Shown: one piece after another, positions 28,941-40,495 of the stretch | Numbering within the stretch: position 1 is the first letter of the stretch | How the letters are laid out: each line of letters opens with the position of its first letter | Assembly: GCA_963664875.1 (NCBI GenBank) | Contig: OY761611.1 | Location: forward strand, 2,336,001 to 2,400,000 | Origin: Candidatus Kapaibacterium sp. | GTDB taxonomy: Bacteria > Bacteroidota > Ignavibacteria > Kapaibacteriales > UBA2268 | DNA length: 64,000 bases | Direction of reading: 5' to 3' | Position numbers and translations under genes: made by a program | Notes under the pieces: generated by a model | What the model was told of the DNA's origin: nothing | The model's database searches: none | The model's input: only the letters and a program-made list of their open reading frames with translations

Positions 28941-31130
28941 TTATTCCTCAAAATCTTTAAAATAAGTTCTAATTTTTCCTATTAGTAAATCTACAGCGTT
29001 GTTTTTTGCAGTCTTTTTACTATTCCCGGTCTGGGTAACTGATGCGGTAAAATCTTTGATTATTATTTCTGCTGTGCATTCGAATTCAGGTTCAGGAACT
29101 GATGAGATTTCTTTGAAAGTATAGATAGGCATGCGAGTGTCGAAATATTGGCAGATTAAGGATATTGCATTTGATTGCAAACCTTCTTCAATAAGTTTCC
29201 TGATTGCGTCGAGTCTATTATCTACTTTGGATACTGCGAAGTCTTGTAAATGGAGAAAAGCCATTTTAGCTGCCTTCTGTTTTGCAGTTTTCTTATTTTT
29301 CCCATTACCGTAAAATTCTAATACTTCTTCTTTATACTTTAATTCAAGTTTACATTTAAAACTTGTATTATTTTCCGGAAGAGGTTCTATGTAATAGCCA
29401 AGAAGTTTAATATCATTATTCTGCATGGTTAGTGTATTTATTAGACTTACCGAGTCTTCTATTGTAGATTCTTGAATATTTGAATGCTCAATGGTTTGAT
29501 CCTTATGTTGTGTATTCTCTTCTGTCTCTATATAATTTGTAGTGGGTTTTTCTGCTTCAATACAATTATTCTTAATAAAATCTACAAGTACTGCAGCACG
29601 CGAACTATTTATAGCTTCTTTTTTATTAGTGTTTGAAATTTTCAAAGTTGTAGTGTAGTATTTGTTGTCTGAAGTTTTGATATAAGTTCTGTTGTGAAAT
29701 ATATCTCCTTTTTTCTCAGTTTCCTCTTCTATTTCTGAAATCAAATTTTGTGACTGCATTAGATAAAGTATCTGTGAGCCTATACTTGGAATCTTAAGTA
29801 TATTATCGAGTATTGCATCTCTTATATCCGGTTCTGATTCTAACCAGTCAGATTCAAAAATAATATAATAAATTTCGATTGCAGTTATAGACATTGAATT
29901 TAGTCTATTTAGTATCTCTGTTTTTATTATTGGTTTTATCGCAGCTGAAGATCTCAGGTTTTTCAGGATGTTTTTAAAATCTCGTACTTCCATTTCAGAA
30001 AGCGCGTTGCTATTGATATTGATGAGACTTGCACTAATTTCTTGGTTGAAAATCTTTTTGAAATGTTCAGTCTTTTTTTCTCTTTCCTTTTCAAAAAAGT
30101 CATTTACAAAATTGCAATAATCTTCAATTTGTTCTATTGTAAATGGTATTGGTGAACCTGTTATGTGACTTCTGATAATAGTATGATTCAATAAATCAGG
30201 GAATCGTCTAATTGGCGAAGTAACATGTGCATAAGCCGGTAGGTTCAGAGCATAATGCCCTTTCAGTTTCGTTTCGTAAATAGCTCTGTTTTGCCATATA
30301 GACATTCTACTTATAAAAGTTGATAAGGTTGAAGGGTTGTTTATGGCGGTAAGCAGTTGATTGTGTACTTCTTCCCTGTCCGGAATATTTGATTTTACAG
30401 TATGATTTCTATATACAAACGGAATATCTTTCTCAGCAAAGTATCTTGCTGTTTCGGAATTAGTAAGTACCATCATTTCTTGAATAATCATATAGGCAAT
30501 TGCTACTTTTTTATTAGCAAATATCTTTACATTTCCTTCTTCATCTGTATATAAGCCCTTGTCTGGGTCAAAATATGAGAGTGCTCCCATTTGCTTTCTC
30601 TTATTGCTCAGTTTAATAGCAAGTTCGTAAGCATTTAAAAGCATTTTTTTGATTTCGGAATGATTTGTTTGATCAGTTAGAATATCCACTACATTTTCAT
30701 AAGTAAGTTTTGCGAGGCTCTTAATCTTCCTTTCTGAAATACTAAAGTCAACTACATCCAAAGAATCATCTAATTCGATATGGAAATTTATTGCAGGACG
30801 TTTAAATCCTTCTTTTAGACTCAATAATCGGAATGATAAAAAATTTGGCAGCATAGGAAGCGAAGATTCTTTTAAGTAAATTGTAGTTACAAGTTGAGAA
30901 GCATTTTCAAAGACAGGCGAATCAGCTTCTATATAAGCAGATGTGTCTGCAATTGCGATATCACAGATATACATATTATCTCTTTTTTCTACCCAAATAG
31001 TATCATCCATATCCTTTGTTTCAGCAGAGTCTATACTCAGACCATTAACTGATTCTCTGGATTTGAGATTTATATCTTTATTTTTTAAATTTTCTGCGTA
31101 CTCTATACATCTACCGGTAAATCTTGACAT
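28941..31130 (-). CDS. RNB-domain (RNase II/R family) ribonuclease with C-terminal dsRNA-binding motifs
   Basis: SIDSAETKDMDD, IAIAD, HYAL, YAHVTSPIRRFPDL; C-terminal GKNKKTAKQKAA and GNSKKTAKNNA dsRBD signatures. Confidence 0.85.
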   Translation of the reverse strand: MSRFTGRCIEYAENLKNKDINLKSRESVNGLSIDSAETKDMDDTIWVEKRDNMYICDIAIADTSAYIEADSPVFENASQLVTTIYLKESSLPMLPNFLSFRLLSLKEGFKRPAINFHIELDDSLDVVDFSISERKIKSLAKLTYENVVDILTDQTNHSEIKKMLLNAYELAIKLSNKRKQMGALSYFDPDKGLYTDEEGNVKIFANKKVAIAYMIIQEMMVLTNSETARYFAEKDIPFVYRNHTVKSNIPDREEVHNQLLTAINNPSTLSTFISRMSIWQNRAIYETKLKGHYALNLPAYAHVTSPIRRFPDLLNHTIIRSHITGSPIPFTIEQIEDYCNFVNDFFEKEREKKTEHFKKIFNQEISASLININSNALSEMEVRDFKNILKNLRSSAAIKPIIKTEILNRLNSMSITAIEIYYIIFESDWLESEPDIRDAILDNILKIPSIGSQILYLMQSQNLISEIEEETEKKGDIFHNRTYIKTSDNKYYTTTLKISNTNKKEAINSSRAAVLVDFIKNNCIEAEKPTTNYIETEENTQHKDQTIEHSNIQESTIEDSVSLINTLTMQNNDIKLLGYYIEPLPENNTSFKCKLELKYKEEVLEFYGNGKNKKTAKQKAAKMAFLHLQDFAVSKVDNRLDAIRKLIEEGLQSNAISLICQYFDTRMPIYTFKEISSVPEPEFECTAEIIIKDFTASVTQTGNSKKTAKNNAVDLLIGKIRTYFKDFEE

Positions 31131-31170
31131 GATATTGCGTTTATTACTTAAACAATTCCTTTAAAATAGT

Positions 31171-31209
31171 AAAAAAGCTGCCTTAGAAATAAATCCTTTT
31201 GGCAGCTTT
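31171..31209 (-). terminator. Terminator after the S8 peptidase gene
   Basis: aaagctgcc/ggcagcttt stem; T-tail on the minus strand. Confidence 0.65.
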
Positions 31210-31236
31210 AAAATAAATATTAAACATGACTACTTA

Positions 31237-34200
31237 TTATCTTGCTATAGTCATCATGTGTGTAAATCTTTGACCTTTGTATAGCATTTCAATAAAATAT
31301 GTTCCTATAGATAAATTTTCTGTAGAGAAGCTAACAGAATTTTTTCCTAAAGAACCTATGCTATTATAAATTGCTCCGACAAATCTACCGTGTGCATCAA
31401 AAATATTGAGAACGATAGGAGATGATTCAGGCAGAACAAAATCTATTGTAGTCATACCGGAAGCCGGATTCGGATAATTTGAAAGTTCCAATAAGCCGAA
31501 AGGAGAATCAAATACGGAGTTCGGATCATTTCCAATTCCGGTTAGAGTTACCTTTTGAACACCATTATCGGCATCGCTAACTATTGATAGCATTGCAGCT
31601 TTGCTTCCTTCACTCTTAGGACTAAATGAAATCTCTATGCTAGCAGAAGTAGAAGAATTCAAATCAAGTGGTAGATTGCTGTTATTAAAAGAGAAATTAT
31701 CTTTGTCCGAACCTACAAGTGATAAAGAAGTAATCTTCAAAGTAGTATTACCAAGATTTTGAACTGTAAGCTGAGCAGTGCTTGTTTCTCCAATATCAAC
31801 AGTCGGGAAAGCATAATTTGATTCGACTTCAAGTACTTTTGTAGTTGTAATGACTTCGGTACCTACACCGGTTACTGTAGCTTCAATCAAAGGAGTTTCA
31901 GCATCAGAGTATATTGATAATTTAGCCGATTTATTGCCTACTGTTACAGGAGCAAATTGAATTCTTATAGCAAGGTCTTTTCCTGCATCTATATATTGCT
32001 GTAAGTCAGAAGATAAAGAAAATTCTCCCTCTTCTCCTTCAGTCATTTCAACTTTAATGCTGTCAATTTTTACTGTGTAATTGCCAACAGATTTTAAAGT
32101 AAAAGTACGATTCTTTACTTTGCCGGTATCTATACTTCCATAGTCTATATTATCGTAATTCAAGTCTAATGCTCTTACAGCATCAGCAGGTTTGTATGCA
32201 AAATCTGTGGAAGTGATATAATTACCTACGCTCCATAATCTTGCTGAGTATGGACTTGAAACTAAAGTAGCTAATTCGCTTTGGTAAAATCTGCCGTTTA
32301 ATATTCTTGTAAAAGATTGTGCATAGTTTTCTGTAGCCATTATTTCGCCATTTTTCCCGAAAACAAGAATCTGGTTAGACTCAGCAGGCACTGCTACATC
32401 AATTGGTGTAATAGAATTAGCAGTTAGATTGTAAACTTGCTTATTCCATGTCTTGCCACCATCTAAAGTGCTTGCAATATAGTTCACATCAGAATCAGAT
32501 TTTTCACGATAGATAGCTATACCGGTATTTGGAGTGTCAAAAGCGAGGTAAGTTACAACTCCACCTGTATGTAATGTGTAGGCTAACCAATCGCGACCTT
32601 TGTTTTTGGAAACATAAACTCTACCTTTTGTAGTACCAAAATAACAGTTATCTCCATTTATATAAGTACACTGCACAAGTCCTGTCTCACCGTTAAGAGG
32701 AGTTGGAGAATTTCTATGTGTCCATGTATCTCCACCGTCTAATGTAGTTGCTATACCCCATGAGCCATTCTGCGGGTCACCAATAAATATACCATCATCA
32801 ACACTCCAGAAGTGAATTCCATTTATAAATGTAGAATGAGAAGTAACATTTTCCTCAGTCCAAGTGCTGCCTTTTGTTGATGTTTTATATATTTTGGTTG
32901 TACCGTTGCTTGCACTTGCTGCAAGATATGCCGTAGTAGATGAAGCTGCTGCCGCCGCATAAACAGGCGTAGATAACTGACCCGATTCCCAACCGCTATT
33001 GTTCGAACCTGATATAAAATAACCATAATAACCGTACAAAGAGCCTACGAGCCAAAATGACTGAGCATCAGCAGATGCTATGTCGTGCCATGTAGCAGTA
33101 GATTGCAAAGGAGTTGTAGTTACAACATTGAAGTTATGGTTAGATTCTATGTCTATTTGCAATTTAAGTAGTTGATAATTGATATAATTATCGGCTTCAA
33201 ATTTCACCAATAACTGTACAAAACCATCGAACCAAGGGTTTGACTTATCTAAAGTAATATTTGTAGATATTTCTTCTTCGAGATGAGGTCTAATGTCAGG
33301 TAAATTGAAAGTAGTTTGGCTTACACTTAGATAGTTTTCAAGAGGTATAAGTTCTACTTTTGTGTTAGTAGATTTTGCCAAATAGTTATGTATCTTGAAT
33401 GTAATTGGCTGAGTTTGCATATCTGTAAAAACAAAATCAGAGGAGTTTCCTTTGACTTCTGTAACTTCCAAACCAGGCATACGGTTTGGTCCGTCACTTA
33501 AACTTGGATTGGTAAGTAAAGCTTTTTCTGCATCAGCTAATCCGAAGAAAACGGATTGCAAATCAGGATTGATTACATTCGCAGATGTGCCTCTGATTTG
33601 ATGTATTATTTGCTTAGGTGTCCAATCAATATGCTGTGCTTTGATTAAACCGGCAAGCCCTGCTATTATAGGAGAAGCCATTGAGGTTCCGCTTTTTTTA
33701 GAGTAACCTCCACCTAACTGAGTTGCCAAAATATCATCACCAGGTGCATAAACAGTTACTTCTCTTCCGTAGTTAGTGAAAGATGCAACTTTTTTTCCTT
33801 GTCTTGTGGCACCAACATTAAGCACATTGTCGTAATTAGATGGGTATGTAGGGTTTAAATCAGTAAAAGTTGACTCATTACCTGATGCAACTACAACAAG
33901 AGAACCATTTTCAGTTGCAAAATTGATAACATCTTGTTCGTAGGCACTTCCACCAAGTCCACCCCAAGAGCAGTTGATTATGTCAGCATCTACTGATGCA
34001 GCATAAGCAATACCTTCATAACCTCTGTAAATACCACCACTTGAGTTATCTAATCCACATTTCACAGGAATTATAGCACAATTAAATCCCGGAGAAGCTA
34101 CACCAAGATCATTATTAGTGGCTGCTGCTGCACAGCCTGCCACGTGAGTGCCATGGTCATTACCTGTGGTTGGAGGAGTTGGGTTGTTATCTTCCTGCCA

Positions 34201-34968
34201 CTGGCCTGCATTCATTTGTTGAGAGGTAGTGTTGCCTACCAAATCCCAACCGTAAATATCATCAATTTTACCGTTATTGTCGTTGTCAAGACCGTCTCCT
34301 GCTATTTCGTTAGGATTAGTCCAGATTTTATCTGCGAGGTCTTCGTGGTGTCTTTCTGTGCCCGAATCAACTATTGCAATAGTTACACCCGCATCACCTT
34401 TCTGAATGTTCCATGCCGCTTCCAAATTCATCTCAGCGATTGCATATTGTTCGGAAATTCGGGGGTCGTTGGGAGTATAAAATACTTCACGTTTATAAAC
34501 AGGTGAAGCATATTCAATTTGCGGGTTATTCATGAGCTCTCTACATACATCAAACGGATCTATTGGTGCAGAGTAATATATTTCATGTATATTGGATACT
34601 TTGCTCTCGTTGCTTATAGATTTTGCAGCATAAGAGGCTATCGGAGAAGCAATATTGCTTATACTCAAATCCTGAATCGAAGTCTGAATCATACCGTCAG
34701 GAAATGATTTAGAACCGTCGAGTTTGCCGTAATCTGACTTTGTTTTGATGATAATCACATTTGATAAGTATTGGTCAGATTTTCGTTCGATTGTAAATGT
34801 TCTTGAAGGTAAAACAGTACCATCATTTAGTACAACTTTTTTACTTCGTATCATAAACTTTTCTGCTTCGCTATCAGCAGTTTTACCCGGCAAAACTGCT
34901 TGGGCAGTAGAAAAGCCGAAGATTAGCAGCAAGACTGCCAACCTTATATGGTGAAATAATTTCATCAC
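31237..34968 (-). CDS. S8 subtilisin-like peptidase with BNR/beta-propeller, choice-of-anchor D domains and T9SS CTD
   Basis: IAIVDSG, HGTHVAG, SGTSMASP triad; T.DGG.TW Asp-boxes; NYPNP...GTYF. Confidence 0.9.
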   Translation of the reverse strand: MMKLFHHIRLAVLLLIFGFSTAQAVLPGKTADSEAEKFMIRSKKVVLNDGTVLPSRTFTIERKSDQYLSNVIIIKTKSDYGKLDGSKSFPDGMIQTSIQDLSISNIASPIASYAAKSISNESKVSNIHEIYYSAPIDPFDVCRELMNNPQIEYASPVYKREVFYTPNDPRISEQYAIAEMNLEAAWNIQKGDAGVTIAIVDSGTERHHEDLADKIWTNPNEIAGDGLDNDNNGKIDDIYGWDLVGNTTSQQMNAGQWQEDNNPTPPTTGNDHGTHVAGCAAAATNNDLGVASPGFNCAIIPVKCGLDNSSGGIYRGYEGIAYAASVDADIINCSWGGLGGSAYEQDVINFATENGSLVVVASGNESTFTDLNPTYPSNYDNVLNVGATRQGKKVASFTNYGREVTVYAPGDDILATQLGGGYSKKSGTSMASPIIAGLAGLIKAQHIDWTPKQIIHQIRGTSANVINPDLQSVFFGLADAEKALLTNPSLSDGPNRMPGLEVTEVKGNSSDFVFTDMQTQPITFKIHNYLAKSTNTKVELIPLENYLSVSQTTFNLPDIRPHLEEEISTNITLDKSNPWFDGFVQLLVKFEADNYINYQLLKLQIDIESNHNFNVVTTTPLQSTATWHDIASADAQSFWLVGSLYGYYGYFISGSNNSGWESGQLSTPVYAAAAASSTTAYLAASASNGTTKIYKTSTKGSTWTEENVTSHSTFINGIHFWSVDDGIFIGDPQNGSWGIATTLDGGDTWTHRNSPTPLNGETGLVQCTYINGDNCYFGTTKGRVYVSKNKGRDWLAYTLHTGGVVTYLAFDTPNTGIAIYREKSDSDVNYIASTLDGGKTWNKQVYNLTANSITPIDVAVPAESNQILVFGKNGEIMATENYAQSFTRILNGRFYQSELATLVSSPYSARLWSVGNYITSTDFAYKPADAVRALDLNYDNIDYGSIDTGKVKNRTFTLKSVGNYTVKIDSIKVEMTEGEEGEFSLSSDLQQYIDAGKDLAIRIQFAPVTVGNKSAKLSIYSDAETPLIEATVTGVGTEVITTTKVLEVESNYAFPTVDIGETSTAQLTVQNLGNTTLKITSLSLVGSDKDNFSFNNSNLPLDLNSSTSASIEISFSPKSEGSKAAMLSIVSDADNGVQKVTLTGIGNDPNSVFDSPFGLLELSNYPNPASGMTTIDFVLPESSPIVLNIFDAHGRFVGAIYNSIGSLGKNSVSFSTENLSIGTYFIEMLYKGQRFTHMMTIAR

Positions 34969-35009
34969 GCACCCCTAAATATATACATATAAATACTTGT
35001 CTTAATATA

Positions 35010-37067
35010 CTAAAATTCTTGTATTATTATAATCTCGTAGCCTCTAAATTTATTGCCACATAAAATTATACTATGCGAAGTTCCGAGTGAAAACTTAATA
35101 TCATCTACCTGTTTGATTGGTTTGATAAAGTTTTCGTTTCTTGCTTCGTTAATCAGGTAATTTGTCATTTGGTCATAAAATCTGAAAACAAATGACTGAG
35201 GAATACTGTCAGTTTTGATTTTATCAGTTTGCTGATAATTTATATCTATAGCAAGGAAGTCAGTTTCACTTAGATCTTTTTCTATTTTGCTTACATCTGT
35301 TACTGACAAAGTCTCTATATCAGAAGCAGCATGGATAGCTCTAAGGTTAAATTTATCGTAACTTGTATCTATTTTGTTATATTCGAGACTGAAAATATCA
35401 ATATTGTCCTTATCGCCTGCTGCTAAAACTAAATAACGTTTTCCTGCTTGAACATCAAAATTGTAATCCTTCCCGGAAAAGCTGAAAGTATGTTTGCCGG
35501 ATTTGATTGATGTACCTATTGACCCAGTGTAATTCATCGGTGCATTGATTAGCTGGTTGTCAAGATTAACTGTAGTATTGCCGATTCCTGCACAGGCATG
35601 TATAAGTTGAACAAATGCACTTTCTTCTGCCGGGCTAAGTATTTTATTAGTTTCGCCTTGCTCTATTAAATACACAGCATTTGTTGATTCCGTTACAGGA
35701 ATAATTGCAATAATATATTCTTTATCTGCTTCAAGCTTCAAATTATTGATATTAAGGAGTTTAGCAGGCTCTGTCGGATAAAACACATTGATCGGTACGA
35801 CACCCGGCTTAATATAAACTCTTTTTGATAATTCTCCATATCTGAGTCTATCAGCAAGTACAGTACCTGATTCCATCTCGTAAATAGGGTTTCCACTTGC
35901 ATCTTGTTTTGTTATAAAAGAGACTGCACCCTGAGAAACTGTAATAATTTCTTTGTTGTAGTCTCCATTGATTACCCGGACAGCAGCACTACCCTCAAAT
36001 TTTGAATAATCATGGTCAGTAATCGGAGGAATAATTACATGATTGGATGCTATTTTATCTTTCGAATCAAGCACTGCAAATGAGTAATCTGAAAGAACTT
36101 CCAAAGATATATCTGTTTCTTCTGTCAAATTGCCGTTGAAATATGTTCCAAGAACATCATCGTCAAGTGAGTTACAAGCTGATACCGGAACATAGTCTCC
36201 TATATTTATCGATGCCAAATTGGAGGCAATTATCTCGTCAGGATTCTTTTGGAAAGAAATGCTTTCTCGAGAGAAGTTTATTGGTCTTAGATATGTAATT
36301 TTATCTTCAATTTTTTTAGGATAGCTCAGAGCACTCATCGAATGATCTAATTCGTCGAGCATCATTACAGCTTCTTCCCCATTTTCGCCATCTGTTATGT
36401 AAATAGTATATTGACCGCGAGCTTTCAGAGAGTCTAATTGATAAAGTCCAATAGTCTCTTCGTCTGACAGAACGGTTCGGATTACAGAAATCGCAATTGA
36501 ACCTGCCCTTACTCCCTTCATTGAGCTTATCTGTCTGTAATTTACATTGCTTACAATTTCACTTCCGTTAGGACATCCAAAACGCAAAGTGTATCTTCTT
36601 GTTGTATCGGGGTTAGCATTGAAAAGTCTTACATACGCCAAAGGGTCATTTGCAACTATGGTTTTTGAAGTATTATAAACAACGAGAGTATCAACTGCCT
36701 TTGAGACTGCTTCGCCCTTTTTAGTAGGCAATGCAACAAAATTGTATGTAAGATTACGCGAAAACTTATAGATTTTTTCCTTTTGAAGTTCAAAATTTCC
36801 ATTTAGTTTTACGCCCATAAAAGCAGAATCTTTAGGCGGATTTATTGCTTCGATAATCCCCTTATAATCAGCCGGCAGACTCTCTTCGTTGTCAAATGTA
36901 AGAGTTCTGGGCTGGCCGTCCGAAGCAAAATTGAAAAATCTGACATAGATTGTACCCACCTGCGAAGGTGGAGTAATCAAATCTGGGTCTTCTTTTGCAC
37001 AATTAGCTAAAAGAACTGCAAGCATAGCGAATAGAAATATTTTTAGAGTTTTCAAAGGTCTTACCAT
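35010..37067 (-). CDS. DUF4397-repeat lipoprotein
   Basis: Lipobox LLANC; repeated VRFFN / VRLFNA / VRVING / LRAIHA units. Confidence 0.65.
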   Translation of the reverse strand: MVRPLKTLKIFLFAMLAVLLANCAKEDPDLITPPSQVGTIYVRFFNFASDGQPRTLTFDNEESLPADYKGIIEAINPPKDSAFMGVKLNGNFELQKEKIYKFSRNLTYNFVALPTKKGEAVSKAVDTLVVYNTSKTIVANDPLAYVRLFNANPDTTRRYTLRFGCPNGSEIVSNVNYRQISSMKGVRAGSIAISVIRTVLSDEETIGLYQLDSLKARGQYTIYITDGENGEEAVMMLDELDHSMSALSYPKKIEDKITYLRPINFSRESISFQKNPDEIIASNLASINIGDYVPVSACNSLDDDVLGTYFNGNLTEETDISLEVLSDYSFAVLDSKDKIASNHVIIPPITDHDYSKFEGSAAVRVINGDYNKEIITVSQGAVSFITKQDASGNPIYEMESGTVLADRLRYGELSKRVYIKPGVVPINVFYPTEPAKLLNINNLKLEADKEYIIAIIPVTESTNAVYLIEQGETNKILSPAEESAFVQLIHACAGIGNTTVNLDNQLINAPMNYTGSIGTSIKSGKHTFSFSGKDYNFDVQAGKRYLVLAAGDKDNIDIFSLEYNKIDTSYDKFNLRAIHAASDIETLSVTDVSKIEKDLSETDFLAIDINYQQTDKIKTDSIPQSFVFRFYDQMTNYLINEARNENFIKPIKQVDDIKFSLGTSHSIILCGNKFRGYEIIIIQEF

Positions 37068-37230
37068 TTAATAAATCAAACAAAATTGCAAAAAGGCACT
37101 TTGCATAGAAGATAATATTAATCAAATTAAAAGAAAAATTCAAATAATATAATAGCAAATTATATTTATACTATTATTCTTTTTGCGTACCTTTGTACTT
37201 TGTTATAAAACACAGATTTGGATAAGTTCG

Positions 37231-38319
37231 ATGAGAGAGAAACTTAAATCAGTTCTTGAACGCTACGAAAAAGTTACTCAAATGCTAAATGACCCCGATG
37301 TGGTCAGCGATATGAAAAAAATGCGCGACACTTCGGTCGAATATAAACAGCTCACACCTGTGGCAGAAGCCGCAAAAAAATTCCTGAAAATGTGCGATGA
37401 TTATGATAACAATAAAGAGCTTATGCGTGATAGTTCTGTAGAAAAAGAACTGCGCGAAATGGCTGAAATGGAAAATCATGATCTTTCAGGCGATATTGAA
37501 AAAATGGAAGAAGAGTTACGTATCTTGCTCATACCTAAAGATCCTAACGATTTGAAAAACTGTATAGTCGAGCTTAGAGCCGGCACAGGTGGCGACGAAG
37601 CCGGAATATTTGCCGGAGACTTATTTAGGATGTACCAAAGATATGCAGACCAAAACGGATATAAAATCGATTTGATTGACTATCAGGAAAGCGAAAGAGG
37701 CGGATATAAAGAGGTAACTTTCTCTATAAACGGCGAATCTGTCTATGGTAATCTCAAATTTGAAAGTGGAGTCCACAGAGTTCAGCGTGTGCCTGAAACT
37801 GAAGCCAGCGGAAGAGTGCATACCTCTGCTGCTACTGTTGCTATTCTGCCGGAAGCCGAAGATATTGATGTTCAAATAAAAGACGAAGATTTGCAGATTG
37901 ATAGATTTAGAGCAGGTGGTGCAGGTGGTCAGAACGTAAATAAAGTAGAAACTGCAATCAGAATCACTCATATTCCTACAGGTACTGTAGTTGCTTGCCA
38001 GGACGAACGCTCTCAGTTGAAAAATCTTGAAAAAGCAATGAAAGTTCTTCGCTCAAGACTTTATGAAGTTGAGCTTGCTAAACAGCAGGAAGCTATTTCT
38101 TCTAACAGAAAATCTATGGTAAAAACAGGCGATCGTTCTGAAAAAATCAGGACTTATAACTATCCGCAAAATAGAGTAACTGACCACAGATTAGAAGGTG
38201 ATTCAAAAAATTATCCTTTACGTGAAATCATGGAAGGTGGTTTGAGAATTGTTATCGAAAACTTGCAGATAGCTGAGCGAACTGCTATGCTAAATCAGGG
38301 CATCGCTGATAAGAGCTAA
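37231..38319 (+). CDS. prfA: Peptide chain release factor 1
   Basis: GGQ motif, VPETE (PxT) anticodon loop, ELRAGTGGDEA. Confidence 0.97.
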   Translation: MREKLKSVLERYEKVTQMLNDPDVVSDMKKMRDTSVEYKQLTPVAEAAKKFLKMCDDYDNNKELMRDSSVEKELREMAEMENHDLSGDIEKMEEELRILLIPKDPNDLKNCIVELRAGTGGDEAGIFAGDLFRMYQRYADQNGYKIDLIDYQESERGGYKEVTFSINGESVYGNLKFESGVHRVQRVPETEASGRVHTSAATVAILPEAEDIDVQIKDEDLQIDRFRAGGAGGQNVNKVETAIRITHIPTGTVVACQDERSQLKNLEKAMKVLRSRLYEVELAKQQEAISSNRKSMVKTGDRSEKIRTYNYPQNRVTDHRLEGDSKNYPLREIMEGGLRIVIENLQIAERTAMLNQGIADKS

Positions 38320-38428
38320 TATGTCCTTAGCCTTGATATTCTAATAATATATTGCAATTATTTTTATTTATAATCGAATAGAGCTATATTAGTGCTTGTT
38401 ATCACTCAAATCTAAGATAGAACAAATT

Positions 38429-38869
38429 ATGAAAATATCAGTTGCCTCCGATCATGCCGGTTTTGAATTGAAAGAAACTATTTCAGCCTGGCTAAAAGAA
38501 TTAGAACATCAAGTATTAGATTTTGGTGCTTTTTCGACTGAATCTGTTGATTACCCGGATTATGCCTTCCCTGCTGCTGAAGCAGTTGCTGCAGGAGTTG
38601 CCGATTTTGGTATCATCATCTGCGGATCAGGGCAGGGTATGACGATGACTGCTAACAAAGTTACAGGCATAAGAGCTGCTCTTTGCTACAATACTGAGAT
38701 AGCTTCGCTTGCCCGTCAGCACAACAACGCTAATGTGCTAACTATGGGAGCACGTTTTACGGAGCCTGAGTTAGCTAAAGAAATCGTGCAAGTCTTCCTT
38801 GAAACAGAATTTGAAGGTGGCAGACACATGATTAGAGTTGAAAAAATTCACTCTCTAACCGGCTGGTAG
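38429..38869 (+). CDS. rpiB: Ribose-5-phosphate isomerase B
   Basis: SDHAG, VDYPDY, CGSGQG, HNNANVL, FEGGRH. Confidence 0.96.
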   Translation: MKISVASDHAGFELKETISAWLKELEHQVLDFGAFSTESVDYPDYAFPAAEAVAAGVADFGIIICGSGQGMTMTANKVTGIRAALCYNTEIASLARQHNNANVLTMGARFTEPELAKEIVQVFLETEFEGGRHMIRVEKIHSLTGW

Positions 38870-38900
38870 ATTCTTTAGATTATAAGACATATTTTTAAAT

Positions 38901-39037
38901 AAAAAACCTTTTCGGATATCAAACCTCGAAAAGGTTTTTTGCTTAATGCCGAGAATTATGATAACACATCAGTTGAGTTCCCTAAAACCTTGATATATGA
39001 AACAAAGGCATACACTTTTCCCAAATGTATGCCTTTG
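38901..39037. terminator. Two hairpins/terminators between convergent rpiB and hslU
   Basis: aaaaaacctttt/aaaaggtttttt at 38901-38940 and caaaggcatac/gtatgcctttg at 39003-39037. Confidence 0.7.
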
Positions 39038-39073
39038 ATTGTATCTATTATTTACATATATAGTACTTATATA

Positions 39074-40480
39074 TTATAAGATATATCTACTCATATCCTG
39101 ATTTTTGATGATTGTATTCAGATTGTCCCGAACAACTTCAGCATTGATTTTAACATCATTACTTTGAATGTTATCAGGTGCATTGAATAATGTTTCTTCG
39201 AGTAGAGTGGACATTATAGTGTGTAGCCTCCTGGCTCCGATATTTGTAATCTCTGCATTAACCTGAGCAGCAAGTTTTGCTATCTCTTTGATAGCTGACT
39301 CATCGAAATCAAGTTCGATATCTTCAGTTTTTGCCAAAGCCTGGTATTGTTTTATCAGTGCATTCTGAGGTATAGTAAGAATTTTAACAAAATCCTCTTC
39401 AGTCAGACTGTTTAGCTCAACACGAATCGGGAAGCGCCCCTGCAATTCCGGAACTAAGTCAGAAGGCTTAGAAACATGGAAAGCACCTGATGCAATAAAT
39501 AGAACGTGGTCAGTTTTCAAAGCACCATATTTGGTATTCACAGTAGAGCCTTCCACTATTGGAAGAAGATCTCTCTGCACACCTTCGCGAGAAACTTCCG
39601 GACCACTGCCTTTTGAGTTTTTTGAGGCTACTTTGTCTATCTCATCTATGAAGATAATGCCTGTATTTTCTGCTCTGCGGAGAGCTTCCTGCACTACAGC
39701 ATCCATATCAATAAGCTTTTCAGCTTCTTCTTTTTGTAGCACTTTCATAGCATCTTTTACTTTGAGCTTACGTTTTTTCTTTTTCTTAGGGATGATGCTG
39801 CCAAATAAATCCTGTAAATTCATCCCCATTTCGTCCATACCAATTGGACCAAGCACCTGCATATTCGGGCCACCATCTACGGTAACGTCCATTTCTATTT
39901 CTCTCTCGTCTAATACGCCGTTACGTATCATTTGTCTGAATTTATCGCGGGTACGGCTGTTTTCTTCTTCTTCGTTTTCGTCAGTATTGTCAAAAGAAGG
40001 AGATTTTTTAACAGGAGGTATCAAAATATCTAAAACTTTGTTTTCAGCAGCTTCCTTTGCCAATTCCCTTTTCTTCTCAGTTTCTTCTTCTTTTACGATA
40101 GCAACAGCCCTTTCGGCAAGATCACGAATCATAGACTCTACATCTCTACCTACATAACCAACTTCTGTGAACTTAGTTGCTTCCACTTTTACAAAAGGAG
40201 CATTTACTAATTTTGCCAGTCTTCTTGCTATTTCTGTTTTACCTACACCGGTTGGGCCTATCATAATGATATTATTTGGCATAATTTCATCTTTAATATC
40301 GCCTTCCACATTTTGGCGACGCCACCTATTTCTTAGAGCAATAGCTACAGCTTTTTTTGCTTCTTTCTGCCCTATAACATATTTATCTAACTCTGCAACA
40401 ATCTGACGAGGGGTAAGTCCGCCGTTTTTGTCAGATTTTGCAGGTAAATGATTTTCTTGTACTTTTATATCCTGTTCCAT
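39074..40480 (-). CDS. hslU: ATP-dependent protease ATPase subunit
   Basis: [33 protein letters not shown]. Confidence 0.98.
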   Translation of the reverse strand: MEQDIKVQENHLPAKSDKNGGLTPRQIVAELDKYVIGQKEAKKAVAIALRNRWRRQNVEGDIKDEIMPNNIIMIGPTGVGKTEIARRLAKLVNAPFVKVEATKFTEVGYVGRDVESMIRDLAERAVAIVKEEETEKKRELAKEAAENKVLDILIPPVKKSPSFDNTDENEEEENSRTRDKFRQMIRNGVLDEREIEMDVTVDGGPNMQVLGPIGMDEMGMNLQDLFGSIIPKKKKKRKLKVKDAMKVLQKEEAEKLIDMDAVVQEALRRAENTGIIFIDEIDKVASKNSKGSGPEVSREGVQRDLLPIVEGSTVNTKYGALKTDHVLFIASGAFHVSKPSDLVPELQGRFPIRVELNSLTEEDFVKILTIPQNALIKQYQALAKTEDIELDFDESAIKEIAKLAAQVNAEITNIGARRLHTIMSTLLEETLFNAPDNIQSNDVKINAEVVRDNLNTIIKNQDMSRYIL

Positions 40481-40495
40481 AGCTTTCCTGTTTGA

